Shown here: one piece after another, positions 62,659-64,000 of the stretch
Position numbering within the stretch: position 1 is the stretch's first letter
Layout of the letters: each line of letters starts with the position of its first letter
NCBI GenBank assembly: GCA_022865305.1
Contig: JALHSP010000060.1
Coordinates: forward strand, 39,515 to 103,514
DNA: 64,000 nucleotides
Direction: 5' to 3'
DNA from: Bacteroidales bacterium
Lineage (GTDB): Bacteria > Bacteroidota > Bacteroidia > Bacteroidales > VadinHA17
Made by a program: the position numbers and the translations under genes
The notes under the pieces: generated by a model
Databases searched by the model: none
Told to the model about the DNA's origin: nothing
What the model saw: the letters and a program-made list of their open reading frames with translations, nothing else

Positions 62659-62940
62659 ATGACCATTCAGGTACCCACCGCGTGGTTTAAATGTAAAAAT
62701 ACATATTTTTTCTACAAACAGACCACTGCTATGCGGTTCAAAAACATCATCACATGCATTATTCTACAAACAGATCACCGCTACGCGGCTAAAAAACATC
62801 ATCACATGCATTATTCTACAAACAGGCCGCCACCACGCGGCTCAGTAATAACTTAGTTGATTTTGAAGAGTCCCGTAGTGACGACCTGTTTGTAGAAAAA
62901 AGATCGGAGATTGATTTCCAAGCTCCACAGGCACTGTCTA
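62659..62940. repeat. REP-like family A array upstream of tnpA (52-bp period)
   Basis: ttctacaaacag plus hairpin at 62710, 62762 and 62814 (degenerate copy near 62659); reverse copy 62869-62897. Confidence 0.85.
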
Positions 62941-62966
62941 ATGGCATTATTACCATTATGAGGTCA

Positions 62967-63178
62967 GAAGATGCCGGAGGCATCTAAGTATAATATCCAT
63001 GGTTACATCCATGGTTAATTGCAGGTAGTATCAGACAACACCGGCGGTGTTGAAGAATTATAATAATAAACATCCATCTTTAAATAAACAACTTCAACCC
63101 ACTCCGGGATTGAGAAGAAACACTCCTCCTACCCCGTATGTAACCGGGGCTATTAGACTTTAAAGCCTCCGGCTTTAG
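62967..63178. repeat. Inverted pair of about 90-bp REPIN-like units (family B)
   Basis: gatgccggagggcatc...ccatggttacatccatgg...caacaccggcggtgttgaa and its diverged reverse complement at 63094-63178. Confidence 0.7.
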
Positions 63179-63215
63179 AAAATCAAAAAACCGGTTAGAT
63201 GAAGATGTGTAATGA

Positions 63216-63861
63216 ATCGAGTAGGAAGTGAGTGATTAATTCACTCACTGTCCTCTCACACCACCGTACGTGCCGTTCGGCATACGGCGGTTCGTCAGAG
63301 ATAGCTGCGAAAACAGCTTGTGAATGTTACACTTCTCTATGTAGGTTGTTAGCTCAGCATATCTTTGGTAGGTTCAGCTTCCGGCATACTTCCACACAAA
63401 AGATTACGTCCATTTAGACCAACTGCTTTCAACGCGACGCAACACTAATATCAAAGTACTATCACCTCTAACGTTCAGCCCTTCTCTCGCTTTTGCGAGA
63501 CACTATGGCATCTGCTGACTCCTGACCATTCAGCCGTACATCGCTGTACGGGTTGTCGGGTTTGTAATCTATCCCCAACTTATTGGTCAGGTCTCCCCGG
63601 GTAAGAACGATAATTTTCATCCCATATACCTGCTGCATTTACTCCAAGGGGTTCGGGCAGTATTGGACTTCACTTTGTTATGCAAGCTCATCCGCCCCTC
63701 ATAAGCCTTATATGCAGTTCTTGTTCATCAGGCCGGAACTTTGCCTCCGGCTTCCTTCAGATTCCACCTCACGGTGGACACCCTTGCCTTTAGCTAACAC
63801 TTCCTACTGCCAGGTGTGTTCGGGTCTTTCACCCTATAGTTATCGCCCATGCCGGGCGCAC
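63216..63861 (-). mobile_element. Group IIC intron lacking an intron-encoded protein ORF
   Basis: 5' GTGCGCCCGGCATGGGCG; DIII agtcagcagatgccatagt...gaagggctgaac; DV GAACCGCCGTATGCCGAACGGCACGTACGGTGGTGT (CGC triad); DVI ending CCTACTCGAT; follows a terminator. Confidence 0.93.
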
Positions 63862-63897
63862 ATAAAAAAAAGCCCCCGGAGCTGATTTCCGGGGGCC
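63862..63897 (-). terminator. Intrinsic terminator forming the 5' exon target of the intron
   Basis: Minus strand gcccccggaaatcagctccgggggc-tttttttt-at immediately before GTGCG. Confidence 0.9.
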
Positions 63898-63918
63898 ATT
63901 TCATTGAATTGTTACTTT

Positions 63919-64000
63919 TTATTTATCGTTTCCGGGGCAGACACATTCACCATACGTAATTTCTCCAGTTTCAAGATCCATTGTAAAGGTCATAATATAA
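63919..64000 (-). CDS. 3' end of an unknown CDS entering from outside the window
   Basis: Open frame ...YIMTFTMDLETGEITYGECVCPGNDK* ending just before the terminator. Confidence 0.5.
   Translation of the reverse strand, partial: YIMTFTMDLETGEITYGECVCPGNDK

Noticed and set aside
62710-62842. Possible mini CRISPR array (34-bp identical stretch with 18-bp variable parts)
   Set aside because: The variable parts are similar to each other and are hairpins of the REP unit, they are too short for spacers, and no cas genes are present.
62037-62856. Short plus-strand ORFs around tnpA as possible TnpB or accessory genes
   Set aside because: They are translations of repeats or antisense to tnpA, with no RuvC or zinc-finger motifs.
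63232-63885. Plus-strand ORFs 63232-63417 and 63583-63885
   Set aside because: Antisense to the group II intron RNA domains, with no RT motifs; spurious.

Overview
Chromosomal window from a Bacteroidota (Bacteroidales-like) bacterium, judged from a SusC/SusD pair, a T9SS type-B C-terminal domain, TAnnTTTG promoters and the rpsL-rpsG-fusA-rpsJ order without tuf. It is mostly housekeeping and transport: the str/S10 operon start, a divergent GTPase-degenerate EF-G2, a TetR-TolC-MFP-RND efflux operon, PcrA/UvrD, a TPP-riboswitch thiamine uptake locus with a susCD pair between pnuC and thiN, GH106/GH51/GH2 glycosidases, cstA, kup, murA, grpE-dnaJ and ABC exporters. The unusual signal is a layered set of small non-coding elements. 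(1) A complete-looking 646-nt group IIC intron with no reverse-transcriptase ORF sits directly after an intrinsic terminator. (2) An IS200-like HUH transposase lies among two families of REP-like hairpins. (3) A 20-25 bp AGCCTG-palindrome micro-element is inserted three times into hairpins of three different repeat families. (4) G/C-rich hairpin elements are dispersed at gene ends, one fused to a decapitated esterase. (5) Arrays of 7-10 bp repeats occur between genes and in frame inside pnuC. All calls come from reading the sequence; no searches or folding were run.
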